Assembly: GCA_964016885.1 (NCBI GenBank)
Contig: OZ024747.1
Location: 58,156,001 to 58,220,000, forward strand
Length of the DNA stretch: 64,000 nt
Direction: 5' to 3'
DNA from: Eledone cirrhosa
Lineage: Eukaryota
The notes under the pieces were generated by a model, which saw only the letters and a program-made list of their open reading frames with translations, was not told where the DNA came from and ran no database searches. This document shows, piece after piece, positions 39,301-51,418 of this stretch (position 1 is its first letter; the number at the start of each line of letters is the position of its first letter). The position numbers were made by a program, and so were the translations under genes.

Positions 39301-39704
39301 ATAGGCCAGAGGCGGTGATGGAGAACAGTCAGGTGAAGGTGCTGTGGGATTTTAGGATACAGACGGACAAAAAACTGGAACACAATAGACCTGACCTGGT
39401 GGTTGTGGACAAAGAAAAAAGATCGTGCCTGATTGTGGATGTGGCCTGCCCGTTCGACACGAGAGTGCAAGAGAAGGAGAGGGAGAAAATTAACCGATAC
39501 CAGGACCTAAAGTGGGAGGTGAAAAGGATTTGGAACTGCCATGAAGTCAAAGTGATCCCGATTGTCATAGGCGCACTGGGGACTATCTCCAAAGGTTTCC
39601 AGGGATGGTTAAAGAAAATCGGCCCCTTCACGCTTTTTGGAACGCTTCAAAAGGCATGCTTGCTTGGAACGGCAAGAACCCTCCGATACGTCCTGAATAT
39701 CTGA
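36312..39704 (+). CDS. Non-LTR retrotransposon polyprotein RT-RLE (1130 aa), copy 2
   Basis: Protein appears identical to that of 31416-34808. Confidence 0.95.
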   Translation: METRTSCDRLSPNRCPLAQQQEPDCQRNTADVGGRRRRKGARTNWTKELNRTVMQCYLKSNPKERGYRRRMHNIWNEIGLFKLDEQKLAGQARVIRTNGWISELELEELSRENGLEMAGVVCQTSEPAGNEGEEVLRAEEPPEADNDLNTEINNTWNRDTATEEMNADGLGQDSVDILNLVVDELNNDSGRPMNLRFVDRKKLKETTAKVNKVIPYLEARSLHQCNNILKATANTVRKLLGIKARGNNRQERAEPWWKKRLSGQIGEMRNDIGKLESLLNGTLKNIGTKNRLEIKYKTRSKKLNIIIEELKQRIVAKSAKIRRYENRVSQYKQNRMFDNNQKMLFGQLEGKERGTDLIPGAEQAKTFWRGIWEQDVRHNAQAGWIETVQREIGEQAQQQTDLSITVETLKGQAKKLTNWKSPGPDGVQGYWIKHLTSLHPKLTAMFNDCLVSGEVPEWLTKGTTVLIMKDRIKGNDVTNYRPITCLPVMWKLLTSIVSEEIYHHLHTNNLLPDEQKGCRKKSRGTKDQLLIDKMVMGNCRRRHTDLAMGWIDYRKAFDMVPHSWITKSLEIFRVADNIRELLGRSMGSWETELTSTGVSLGSVKIKRGIFQGDSLSPLLFVLALMPLTIMLRKVRAGYKLGRGELTINHLLFMDDLKLFGKSEKELDVLVDTVRIFSSDICMQFGIGKCGVIVMRRGRLSRSNGIQIPTGEMIKEIDSEEGYKYLGVLEADGIKNKKMKELLRTEYIRRVRSVLKSHLNSRNAISAVNSRAVSIIRYSAGILRWNVAEQKEMDRKTRKLLTIYNMFHKRSDVDRLYLRRSEGGRGLISIEDCVQMEKNNLYKYVTYSKEPMLRAVLKEGRVGQGIPKEEITSRRKSSLKGKPLHSTFFEKTEFRDPQTWNWLRRGDLKKATEGMLMAAQEQALKTKWLKHHIYKEEASPLCRICGEREETVAHIVSECKHLAQTHYKGWRHDVMGRVIHWHLCKVNNLPHSEKWYEHRPEAVMENSQVKVLWDFRIQTDKKLEHNRPDLVVVDKEKRSCLIVDVACPFDTRVQEKEREKINRYQDLKWEVKRIWNCHEVKVIPIVIGALGTISKGFQGWLKKIGPFTLFGTLQKACLLGTARTLRYVLNI

Positions 39705-39811
39705 GGCTGCAGGTAGTGGCTTGATATTCAATCCAACGGACTTTCCAGTTAACCAACATCAATGACTGAGATTCAAGGAATAACAATAACAATAATAATA
39801 ATAATAATAAA

Positions 39812-42800
39812 GGGAAGAAGACGCACGAGGTGACGGAGGTCATGAAATCGCTCCCGTAAGTTTTGAATTTTTAACATATTTAAATCATTTGTGAAATAAC
39901 AACTCTTAGTACAAATGCTACGTAAAGCACCCGGCTTGAGCCCCAAAAAATTCGGACCCAAAATATATTGTTATAAGGCTCAAATATTCAAATGTTCAAC
40001 TTTGTATTGTACACTGTATATCCAGAAAAAAATGGCTATAAATGGAAGAAGAAGAACCCCCCCCCCCCCTCCTCTCCTCTGGCTACACTATATAGGACAG
40101 CTAAACTCACCAACACCAGAAACTAGATACACCGCCCACCCCATCATCTGTGTACACTAAACACAACAGCATTTTCACCTTCACCGCCACCGCTCACTAC
40201 GGCCATCATTGCCACCGCTGTCCCATCACCGCCGCCACCACCCCCTGACTCCTTCACTGCTGCTGCCACCGCTACAGCACCATCACTACAGTAATACGGC
40301 TCAAATATTCAAATATTCAACTTTGTATTGTACACTGTATATCCAAAAAAAAAAAAAAAAAAAAAAAAAAATAAAATGGCTATAAATGGAAGAAGAAGAA
40401 CCCCCCCCCCTCCTCTCCTCTGGCTACACTATATAGGACAGCGAAACTCACCAACACCAGAAACTAGATACACCACCCACCCCATCATCTGTGTACACTA
40501 AACACAACAGCATTTTCACCTTCACCGCCACCGCTCACTGCGGCCATCATTGCCACCGCTGTCCCATCACCGCCGCCACCACCCCCTGACTCCTTCACTG
40601 CTGCTGCCACCGCTACAGCACCATCACTACAGTAATACGGTCGCATCACCGCCACCGCTGCCTCGGTATCGACATCACCGCCACCACTGTCTCAGTATCG
40701 CCAACGCCGCTAGTCTCTGCTGGCTACCACTTCCACATTATAGAATTCCTACTACTAACAAAGAGGAAGGCATCAAAATATATAGATAGACTCAAAAGAA
40801 AAAAGAAAAAACAAACAACAAAAGCAGCACAGCAACAACAGTAAAAAACGAGAAAAACAGAGAAAAACAAAAACAAAAAAAGAAACCCCAAAAACGTAAA
40901 GAAAATAAGAATGAAGAGAGAAGCAGGCGGACGGACAGAGAAGAGGGGGGGAAAAGTAAAACTTAAAAAACAAAAACTAAGTCGGACATTCGAATACTAC
41001 ATTACAATGAAACTTATGCTTATTCATTTTTGGGGCCCTTTCTGCCCGTGTGTTTGTTTGTTTATGTGTGTCCGTATACAGCGTGGTGATAATGCCACAC
41101 AAGGGCCAAGTGGGATGGCGGATCCACAGATGGCTATGTAAACATACATTCGCCAATCCTCGATAAGAGTGTTTAAATATCGAACATAAACAGTTCGAAT
41201 AACGGTGAAATGGAGACTAGAACGTCATGTGACAGACTCTCACCCAACAGGTGCCCCCTGGCTCAGCAGCAGGAACCTGACTGTCAACGAAATACTGCTG
41301 ATGTTGGAGGAAGAAGAAGAAGGAAAGGGGCCAGAACCAACTGGACGAAAGAATTGAATAGAACTGTTATGCAATGCTACCTGAAAAGTAACCCCAAGGA
41401 GAGGGGCTACAGGAGACGGATGCATAACATCTGGAACGAGATTGGTTTATTTAAATTAGATGAACAAAAATTGGCCGGGCAGGCTCGGGTAATAAGAACT
41501 AATGGGTGGATAAGCGAGCTGGAACTGGAGGAACTGAGCAGAGAGAATGGCTTGGAGATGGCGGGTGTAGTATGCCAGACAAGCGAGCCGGCGGGAAATG
41601 AAGGTGAGGAGGTCCTGAGAGCGGAGGAACCACCCGAAGCAGACAATGATCTGAATACTGAGATAAATAATACCTGGAACAGAGATACGGCCACTGAGGA
41701 GATGAATGCTGACGGGCTAGGACAAGATTCGGTTGACATCCTAAATTTAGTGGTAGATGAGTTGAACAATGATAGTGGGAGACCTATGAACCTAAGATTT
41801 GTAGACAGGAAAAAGTTAAAAGAAACAACAGCTAAGGTAAACAAAGTCATCCCATACCTTGAGGCGAGGAGTCTTCACCAGTGCAACAATATCCTCAAAG
41901 CAACAGCAAATACGGTGAGGAAACTACTTGGTATAAAAGCGAGAGGAAACAACAGACAAGAAAGAGCAGAGCCGTGGTGGAAGAAGCGACTGAGTGGGCA
42001 AATCGGGGAAATGAGAAATGACATAGGAAAGCTTGAGTCACTACTGAATGGGACACTAAAAAACATAGGCACTAAAAATAGACTGGAAATAAAATACAAA
42101 ACTAGGAGTAAAAAGCTAAATATTATCATAGAGGAATTGAAGCAACGCATTGTAGCAAAGAGTGCCAAAATCAGGCGATACGAGAACAGAGTCAGTCAGT
42201 ATAAACAGAACCGCATGTTCGACAACAACCAGAAGATGCTGTTTGGACAGCTTGAGGGGAAAGAAAGAGGCACCGACTTGATCCCTGGGGCGGAACAAGC
42301 TAAAACATTCTGGAGAGGAATATGGGAGCAGGATGTTAGACACAATGCCCAGGCAGGGTGGATTGAGACAGTACAGAGGGAGATCGGTGAGCAGGCACAG
42401 CAACAGACTGATTTGAGTATCACAGTTGAAACTCTTAAGGGGCAAGCCAAAAAACTAACCAACTGGAAATCACCAGGCCCAGATGGTGTGCAGGGGTATT
42501 GGATTAAACATTTAACATCCCTCCACCCGAAGCTGACGGCCATGTTCAATGACTGCTTGGTGTCGGGTGAGGTGCCAGAGTGGTTGACAAAAGGTACCAC
42601 AGTTCTGATAATGAAAGACCAAATCAAGGGTAATGATGTTACCAACTATAGACCTATCACATGTCTGCCCGTAATGTGGAAACTGTTGACGAGCATTGTG
42701 TCTGAGGAAATCTACCATCACCTCCACACAAACAACTTGTTGCCGGACGAACAGAAAGGATGCCGAAAGAAGTCACGTGGTACAAAGGACCAGTTGCTTA

Positions 42801-43162
42801 TTGATAAGATGGTAATGGGGAATTGCAGGAGGAGACACACTGATCTTGCCATGGGATGGATAGACTACAGAAAGGCATTTGACATGGTGCCTCATTCCTG
42901 GATCACCAAAAGCCTGGAGATCTTCAGGGTGGCAGATAACATCAGACAGTTGCTGGGCAGGAGTATGGGGTCCTGGGAGACAGAGTTGACATCAACTGGA
43001 GTATCCTTGGGAAGCGTGAAGATCAAGAGAGGTATCTTCCAGGGAGATAGCCTGTCCCCTCTGTTGTTTGTCCTTGCCCTGATGCCCTTGACCATTATGC
43101 TGCGAAAAGTGAGAGCAGGATACAAGTTGGGAAGGGGAGAGCTTACCATCAATCACCTCCTC
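39812..43162 (+). mobile_element. R4/Dong-clade retrotransposon, copy 3 (cut by assembly gap)
   Basis: Same long 5' UTR as copy 2; runs into Ns. Confidence 0.9.
41210..43162 (+). CDS. RT-RLE polyprotein, copy 3, partial
   Basis: Open up to the gap just before FMDD. Two amino-acid differences: KDQIKG vs KDRIKG and NIRQLL vs NIRELL. Confidence 0.9.
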
Positions 43163-43362
43163 NNNNNNNNNNNNNNNNNNNNNNNNNNNNNNNNNNNNNN
43201 NNNNNNNNNNNNNNNNNNNNNNNNNNNNNNNNNNNNNNNNNNNNNNNNNNNNNNNNNNNNNNNNNNNNNNNNNNNNNNNNNNNNNNNNNNNNNNNNNNNN
43301 NNNNNNNNNNNNNNNNNNNNNNNNNNNNNNNNNNNNNNNNNNNNNNNNNNNNNNNNNNNNNN
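43163..43362. other. Assembly gap (200 N)
   Basis: Run of N. Confidence 1.
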
Positions 43363-43689
43363 CCTTTCTATATCTGTCTGTCTCCCCTCCTCTCACTCTC
43401 AGCATCAACAATACAACTTCTAATTTCATTTCACACTGTCTCACCTCTGAGTTTTACCTGTTGATCTTGCAAATTCTTCGTCCGTCTTTTTTACTTCCTC
43501 TTTGTCTTTCTTTTATTCTTTCTTTCTTTCATTCTTTCTTTTTTTCTCTCTTTCTCTCTACATTTCTATACTATTCATAGGTGATTTTTTGTAATAGCTT
43601 TCTTATTCCAAACAAGTTTCTATGCGGCAACATGGTGGTGCAGGTGGTGCTGGTTCTTATTGTGGGTTAAGAAACCATCTAGATCTGTC

Positions 43690-44281
43690 TCAAACAATGT
43701 CAGATTTCCTTTGATGTGGTCAGCCTGATAAGCCTTTCATCATATGTCAGTAGACGTAGCAACCACCGAGCAGAAAACTTCGTGAAGCAAATTCATTGTG
43801 TCAATATTCTGAACGCTCTCATGGGATATGCCAATAACATTAGCTAGTCTATTTATAGGCAATCGATTGTCATCCATCTCCATGTGGTGAACACGATTGA
43901 TGTTTTCCTCGGCGTTGACAGTTACAGTATGTCCAGATTTATGATCGTCTTCAAGACGTTTCTTTCCACTCCTAAATTCAGCTGCACATTTTTGCTCTGC
44001 TGCAGCGTCATCCCCGTATGTAGTAAAATGTCAGTATGGATGTCCTAGGCTCCTAAACACTTTTATGTAGGTACTTTATAAACCGACTATGCCATATTTT
44101 GTCCATTTTCAAGATAAATCGTTACTAGTTATTTTGAAGTCTTCTTTGAACAATCAGATGTAAGTTTACCGGAAACGACCCGATGCATTTATTAATTAGA
44201 ATAGTTGAAACTAATGTATGCAAGATTTCACATCTCTAGCAGTGCACCTTCATATTCAGGGTAAAAACCTTTCATCCCCAC

Positions 44282-44285
<4 letters not shown>
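43690..44285 (-). mobile_element. Degenerate mariner (Tc1/mariner) transposon 5' part
   Basis: Minus strand AAEFRSGKKRLEDDHKSG...EENINRVHHM...ANVIGISHESVQNI...FSARWLLRLLT (WVPxxL-like motif). TIR-like end next to (TA)n at about 44285. Confidence 0.75.
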
Positions 44286-44330
<45 letters not shown>

Positions 44331-44335
<5 letters not shown>

Positions 44336-45310
44336 AACGAGTAGGACCCCGACGGCTGAGCTCAAACCGTTTCGACGGCTAATTCTGGACTAAATGAAAT
44401 GAATAGGTGGGGGGGGGGGATTATGAATTAATTTTCCGTATCAAATTTTTCATATACTTTGTACGAGCATTTATGTAGTTTGCACTAGAATTTTTTATCG
44501 TAGCGGCACCCTTAGAGATAGTATTAGTATTCATTTTCGCGATTCTGAATTATTATTTCGTATTAGTTTATTTTTTGTACTGGGTGGTTGCTGACCTTGT
44601 GCCTGGGGTGGAAACAATTATTTCGTATTAGTTTCGTGGTAGCTTCTTTAGTATTTTGGCCCCCACTTGTTGACCTGTCACCGTAAGATATACTCGGTTG
44701 ATTACTACTAACTCTTAAAATGGTCTCATTACAATTCCGTCCCACCTAGTAAACTTTTCTATAGTTTAGCAGTACCAGTGAGAGACTTGATGACTGTCGT
44801 TAGGGAATAGTAACCAGAAATTGTTTTTTTATATTTTTAACATTCTTGGTATTCTTCTATATATTTACTCCATATTGATTTACTTATTGTTTCGACTTCC
44901 TCCCCCTCCTCCTCCCTAGTATACTTGATTGACCTCCTGCCCTGCTGTAGTTAGCACTACCAACGCACGACTGGGTTTCCTCCACACACTCTCCCTCTTT
45001 CTTCTACTGGCAGGTTCAGCTACCCCTTCCTTACACAAATTGCCATGATAGAATTATGTGTTTCCACAACAAACTTTTGACCAATCCTTGTGACAATCAC
45101 TTTAATCATATATGGAATTACCCCCTGAGAAACTCTGCTATTCATATACCAGGTTAAACATTATCATTTAGTCCAGAATTAGCCGTCGAAACGGCTTGAG
45201 CTCAGCCGTCGGGTTCCTACTCGTTCCTATTACCCACTCTACTACCCTAAGTAATGAGTACTTTGGTGCGTTATGGTCCACCTGGTTCCTTACCACGTTT
45301 CCTTCGTTAT
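44331..45310 (+). mobile_element. PLE pseudo-LTR family B with short inverted 5' arm
   Basis: 44331-44397 is the reverse complement of about 45163-45230. Both ends lie in (TA)n. Confidence 0.75.
45120..45214 (+). ncRNA. Type I hammerhead motif, family B (C3/A8 mismatch)
   Basis: ACCCC-CTGAGAA-...GCTATTC...GAATTAGC...-GAAA-CGGCTtgagctcAGCCG-TC-GGGT. Confidence 0.55.
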
Positions 45311-45354
45311 ATATATATATATTTATATATATATATATCAATAGTTTGCGTTCA

Positions 45355-45455
45355 GCCTTTTGATTTTGCCTTTCATCCTTACGGGGTCGATACATTAAAG
45401 TACCAGTAATGCACTGGGTAATTGCTGGCCTTGTGCCTAAAGTAGAAACAATTAT
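45355..45455 (+). mobile_element. SINE 3' half
   Basis: GCCTTTCATCCTTACGGGGTCGATA...GGCCTTGTGCCTAAAGTAGAAAC. Confidence 0.8.
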
Positions 45456-45599
45456 ATATATATATTTGTTGGATTTTCCCACTGGATTTTCACTCTAGAA
45501 ACTGGATCTACACCTGGTCTTTACCAGAACTTCCACCTGGATATCTATTCGGTTGACTGAACTATTTTCTTTGTTCCTTATATGTGCGTATATATATAT

Positions 45600-45780
45600 T
45601 TATTAAAATTGTATTTTTTTGTAGTTTCAGAAGATCCCGTTAACGGTGAAAGCAGCGATTCTTTACTTAAAATTTAATCTGTTATTTTAATAAATATTTG
45701 CTCTACGGTTCTTATGTATTTGATATATATTTATCCTTATCGATCCCTCTTTGGAGTTTAGTTTTCAAATTTATTATCAT

Positions 45781-45785
<5 letters not shown>
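45600..45785 (+). mobile_element. PLE-like pLTR remnant homologous to 7295-7452
   Basis: TCAGAAGATCCCGTTAACGGTGAAAGCAGCGATTC... shared over about 160 bp; ends in a long (TA)n. Confidence 0.55.
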
Positions 45786-45878
<93 letters not shown>

Positions 45879-47738
45879 GTGTATAGTGGTAGCTATGGTG
45901 CTTCCATATGCGGTAGAAGTAGAATCAGCCAGATCCATACAAGGACCATTACTCGAGCTACATGCCGGCGAAACATTTGTTACACGAAATAAACTAAGTC
46001 CAGATGCATCACTGATTTTTCGTTTCTTTTATAACATATATATATATATATATATACATACATATATATATATTAAAATGTGTATATATATATATATCCA
46101 TTCACATATGCACAAGAAAGCTCCTACTGACAGGCATCTAACTGTGTAAGGCTCCAGCTTATTTTGCTTTGTTTTGAGCATGTATATAGATACACCAGTC
46201 AAAGAATTAGGTGTGATATAGGTTGACTCGTTATTATTATCATATATATATGTATATACATATTACCTATATGTGGCTTTATACAGTGTGTGGCTTTATA
46301 CAAATGCGGTGTATTTTTGCTGCAACCTATATTTTAAGTTTATTCTTATGTTAGAGAGAGTTCTTGTCATACAACTACACTATATCCATGAACAGACTCA
46401 GAATTCTATTTTATGATATAGTAGAATTGATGCCTATTTCACTAGAGTACATTCAGTATATACATCTAGCCAAATATTGTGTTTCAAAAGAAATAAGTGA
46501 CGCTCTGGTGTCTTTTACTAGACTACTATATAATAATGGAGATTTTAACAGTTGTCACTTGAACAACACCCAATGGGATACGATATTACACCCACATTTC
46601 TAATATACTATATACATAATTACAATATTTGCGAAAGTAATGTAAAATAGATATTAGCAAGATTAAGTGTCCATCATAAATATATGTATGGCTATCATAA
46701 TTGCGTTGGGCGAAATGTATAAATATATATTTGGAACACTAATGGAAAAAAGAATGAAAAAATAGTGGATATGCGTGCAGAATCTCTTTTCGGTCTGAGA
46801 TAGTAATTATACTACATACAAAGCTATCCATCGCTCATGTTTAACGTTGGTTTCATATTAGTATTTGTTATTTGTAATGTTTGTTGCTACGTGCTGTTGC
46901 CCTGTTGCTATTATTTTGATTTTTGTTGTTATTTTGTTGTTATTTTTTTGTTGTTATTTTTTTTCTTACAAGAGAATGTTTGCATCCATTCCAATTCAGC
47001 AGAGTTGTAGGATGGTTATTTTCATTAACATAAAACTCGAGATGAATTACAAAATTCCTTGACGTTGATGAATAATTGCTAAGAACATTATGGCGAGATG
47101 CAAAAAAGAAAACGTAAAATACGAAATCTTACAAAGAGGATGATTACAAAAGTATAATATAGTGGGTAGTAAAGATCACGATTTATGGTTATTGTGTCGA
47201 CGTATAATGCACGGGATATAGTATTGTTGCTGCGGTTGAGTATAAAAGAAGAATGTATATAAGATAAATTACAATATTCATTTCAAAACTTGGTATTAGT
47301 GGTATCAATATCGTCTGGGAATAATTGTATATTTAATTAACTTGGAAGTCGAGAAAAGGAGTTATGCAGATATCTTGATATTTTCACAGTAGTATTCCCA
47401 ATGTGATTTACACCTAGTAAACAATTGATTTATAACTTTCCGGATGAGTGACGATGGGTCTAATGTAAGGTGCAGACATTGAAGGCAAATCGTGCCAACG
47501 ACACACTAACGTCATATTTTCTTTAATTGAAGAAATTGTTACTTTTGTCTTGTATATATATATATATATATACATTGGGCATATATTTAAACCAATACCA
47601 ACCATTCTCCACCCCCTTAAATGTACTATAAGACTCAACAAGACCAGGGAAAACTGTATTTTCAATTAGATTATTATTCATAAAAGCATACATACATATA
47701 TCTCTGTCTATCTATCAATCTATTGAACTAACTCCTAT

Positions 47739-47864
<126 letters not shown>

Positions 47865-48051
47865 TGTGTTTTTTGTGTGTGTGTGTGCGCGTGTGCATGT
47901 GTTATGTGTGTATATATATATTATGTTTAATATAGAAATGGCTTCTACAGGACTAGAATTGTTTAATTCAAAACAAACCATTTCAATGTAACAGTTTCCG
48001 TCCCGTTTCTATCGATTGAACTCGGGGTTCACACACACACACACACGCACA

Positions 48052-48152
<101 letters not shown>

Positions 48153-48208
48153 TGTATATATATATAATCAAAGTACGATTTGTTAAGACATCATTACGTT
48201 TGTTGATC

Positions 48209-48283
48209 GGTGACGCTCGTTTCACTATTGATCAGCTCAAGGTTCGATCTGACTCGACTCTGGAATCAAAAGCTCTTCGGATC
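48209..48283 (-). ncRNA. Hammerhead motif, CCGAAGA core variant
   Basis: Reverse complement GAT-CCGAAGA-GCTtTTGATT...GATCAAtAGT-GAAA-CGAGCG-TC-ACC. Stem I is imperfect. Confidence 0.55.
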
Positions 48284-49104
48284 TCTGCTGTAGTAATTAC
48301 AGATGTGTATATATATGTAGCTATAATTTAGGAGGGTGGTTTCTATCAGAGGAAAACCTGCCCATGAAATTATCTTTTCTGTAGCTGGACATTCCCCAGG
48401 TATATGTACAAACAACGGGATTATTAGGGAGATTCAGCGTAAAACACTAGCATTACAGGTAGTGAAGATCCGATGGGCTTTCAAGAAGTTCATTTTCTCT
48501 TATTTTCTCATTGATGTAGTCACAAATTTATTGACGCAAATTGGTTTTAGTAACTATATTAGCCCGCACTAGTGAATCAAAAGATCTGTTGGTGTGACAC
48601 TTGTAGAAGGATAAAAGAGAACAACAGTAAAAAAGATAAACAAGTTCTAGGCTGTGATAGTTTTTCCCTGTTTGAGATTCCTATAATTTTACTAATTTCC
48701 TTACACATTCAGCGCCGTAAATCACTTCATACCACGTTGTTTCCATATACTGAGCACGTTGGCTTTCTAATACGAACAGAAAGATGCCAGGTAATTGGTT
48801 ACTCTTTAATCTTTATATCTTTATCTATATTTGTCTTCCTCTCTCACCCCTATTCCACACTATTTCCACAACTGTTGCTACTGACACTGACATGTCGCCT
48901 AATGCTGCTGTTGCTTAAGTCGGAATTGGAGACTGTTTCATTTTCGGTCTATCACAGCCCAGAACGGACGCCTATCTCTCTTTTCTTTTCTCTCTATCTA
49001 GAAGCGCCACACCAAAAGGAGTGGAAATTATTTATGACGCATCAGTACATCTAACAAAACTATTATTCTTACTGTATAAGGAAATTTAATCATAGCATTA
49101 TAAA

Positions 49105-49285
49105 CACTTGTTTCTACATTTGGCACAAGACCAGCAATTACCTCAGTAGATTACTGGTGCTTTATTTCATCGACCCCGTAAGGATGAAAGACCAAGTTAA
49201 CCTCGGCGGGATTTCGACTCAGAATGCAATGGTTATAATTTTATGCTGCAAAGCCTCGTATCTGATGCTCTACCGATACTGCCAG
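49105..49285 (-). mobile_element. tRNA-derived SINE
   Basis: Family consensus on the minus strand. Confidence 0.8.
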
Positions 49286-49443
49286 GCGTAATTCGTTTTA
49301 CGTCAACTTATAATTTTGCACGTTGCAACAATTCCATGTACAATATGCTTTGTTATATTTAATTGCTTGCTTTATGCCGTGTTTGATATGAGGTCTTTTC
49401 TTGGTACTCTTTGTATTTGGTAAACGTTGTTCCTCCTCATATT

Positions 49444-49557
49444 TCCTGAAGAAATGCAGTTATATGTATTATGTATAGTGGTTGTAATTGGTAATTAATT
49501 ATTTTCGGTTGTCTGCATATGTATGTACTATAGTATAGCATTGAAACGGACGTAAAC
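49444..49557 (+). ncRNA. Degenerate hammerhead motif
   Basis: CTGAAGA-AATGC...GCATT-GAAA-CGGACG-TA: core and stem II are intact, stem I is poor. Confidence 0.4.
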
Positions 49558-49715
49558 ATTTAAGAATGGATTTAAGTTGTTAACCTTGATATTTTGTCAT
49601 TTTGAATGTTTTGCTACCTGAACTGTCGTCAACAAGAATTTTAACATTTGAAGACTTATTCTTAAACTCATAATCAGCAGAGGATTCTAGTGTGCATAGA
49701 GCATCTCTCAACTTA

Positions 49716-49795
<80 letters not shown>

Positions 49796-50080
49796 GTATG
49801 TATGGATGCATGTATGTATAGCAATCAACTGTATTTACAATCATACCTACGTCTGAATGCCTTACACTTTCTTTGAATATATATATATATATATATATAT
49901 ACAGTTCAAGAGTAACTAATCTTAAAGAGAGAGATGGAGATAGGAGAGGAGATAGGAGAGGAGTGATTGGTGAATTAGTTAGAAGCCAAAGCGTAAAGGC
50001 AAGTGCTCAATGTGCAATATGCAGTGGAAAACAGCTACGTGGCTGGGTTCATGCAGAGGTTAGGTGCACAGAGCTGGAAA

Positions 50081-50598
50081 TATTCATTAGTTAAGCAAAA
50101 CAAGACCACAAATTCCACAAGGAAGACATTATTAAAAGATTGTCAACATATTTTAGTTTGATGTAAGGAATGTAGAGAATAATAATAATAATATTAATAA
50201 TAATAATAATGTCCGTTTACAATTGTTTCGCTACTTCATATAATATTTCTGGATCAAATGACTCTATATCATTATTGATCTGGTTCAGTTGAAAATAATT
50301 AACATATTTAAAGACAGAGCGGCTCATCGGATCTTCAAAGGAATATAAATTAAAATAAGGAAAGAATGTTACTTGATGTAATGTTCCATATATTGGTATT
50401 TCACTATGGTGTCCTGCGCGTATCAATTGTCTGCCATAATCAAGCAGTATCCATCTGTCGAGGCTGCACTCTGTGTTTATTATTAATATTATTATTATTA
50501 TTCTCTACATTCCTTACATCAAACTAAAATATGTTGACAATCTTTTAATAATGTCTTCCTTGTGAATTTTGTGGTCTTGTTTTGCTTAACTAATGAAT
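50081..50598 (-). mobile_element. Fold-back PLE pLTR remnant
   Basis: About 120-bp inverted repeats (50081-50202 / 50478-50598) enclose a hammerhead motif. Confidence 0.7.
50215..50333 (-). ncRNA. Hammerhead motif, CCGATGA core variant
   Basis: Reverse complement GAT-CCGATGA-GCCGCT...AGTAGC-GAAA-CAATTG-TA-AAC. Palindromic stem III. Confidence 0.55.
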
Positions 50599-51374
50599 AC
50601 ATATATATATAGAGAGAGGGGGGAGAGCGGGAGAGGAAAAGTGAGAGAGAGAAAGATACATGGATGGATGGGTAGATAGATAGCTATAGATATATATGAA
50701 TATATTAAGATATACATTAATCGTTATATTGTCAATGGTTTGAAAATAGAAACATCAAGGCTACTTCTCTAAAGAGGTGATATAGATATATTCATGTAAT
50801 GCGTAGAAATCATTCCTGGAAATTGAACATATTCACACATCGATAATGAAAAATCTTATCACATCATTTCATAATTATTGATGGTGAATTCAATTAGTAT
50901 AAACAGGTGTTAATGCTTTCAATTTTACAGTAAATACTGGATACCTCGGCGAACAGAATTTGAATTCAATAATCGTATTTTTTTTCTAAATGTGTGAGAA
51001 ATATAATTTTATTCTAGCATAATTTTAACTGAGAGGTTTCTGGTTTTCATTTTGTTTTTAACAATCAACGATTGTAGACGGTTCTTTAAATATACACAAT
51101 ACCATCGCTACGCTTATGTTAATAAGTCGGCCGGTGGTTTTCAAACAAGAATAAGAACAAATGAAGTTGCCTCTTGAAACAGAAGACATATCCATTAAAA
51201 ACACATTTTATTTGCTTGTGGGTTTGGGGGATCACTATTGTGCGCATTGGGATAAAATATCCATCTTATATAATATTTTTAGACTGTGGAATATATGAGC
51301 ACACACACACACACACACGCACACGCACACGCACACGCACACACGCACACGCACACGCACACGCACACACACAC

Positions 51375-51418
<44 letters not shown>

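Larger units (their letters stand above)
34916..39811 (+). mobile_element. R4/Dong-clade retrotransposon, copy 2 (full length, long 5' UTR)
   Basis: Head-to-tail with copy 1; 4896-bp unit. Confidence 0.92.

Noticed and set aside
31446-43152. Antisense ORFs within the R4/Dong copies
   Set aside because: Shadow ORFs of the long sense ORF with no recognisable motifs.
41210-43423. 737-aa ORF as a naturally truncated protein
   Set aside because: The ORF is read through the N gap, so its end is an artefact.
48330-48720. Possible decayed GIY-YIG region upstream of the 48.2-kb hammerhead
   Set aside because: Only vague similarity; no clear motif could be recovered without alignment.
50081-50598. 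DNA-transposon MITE with 120-bp TIRs
   Set aside because: The internal hammerhead motif and shared architecture fit a PLE pLTR inversion better.
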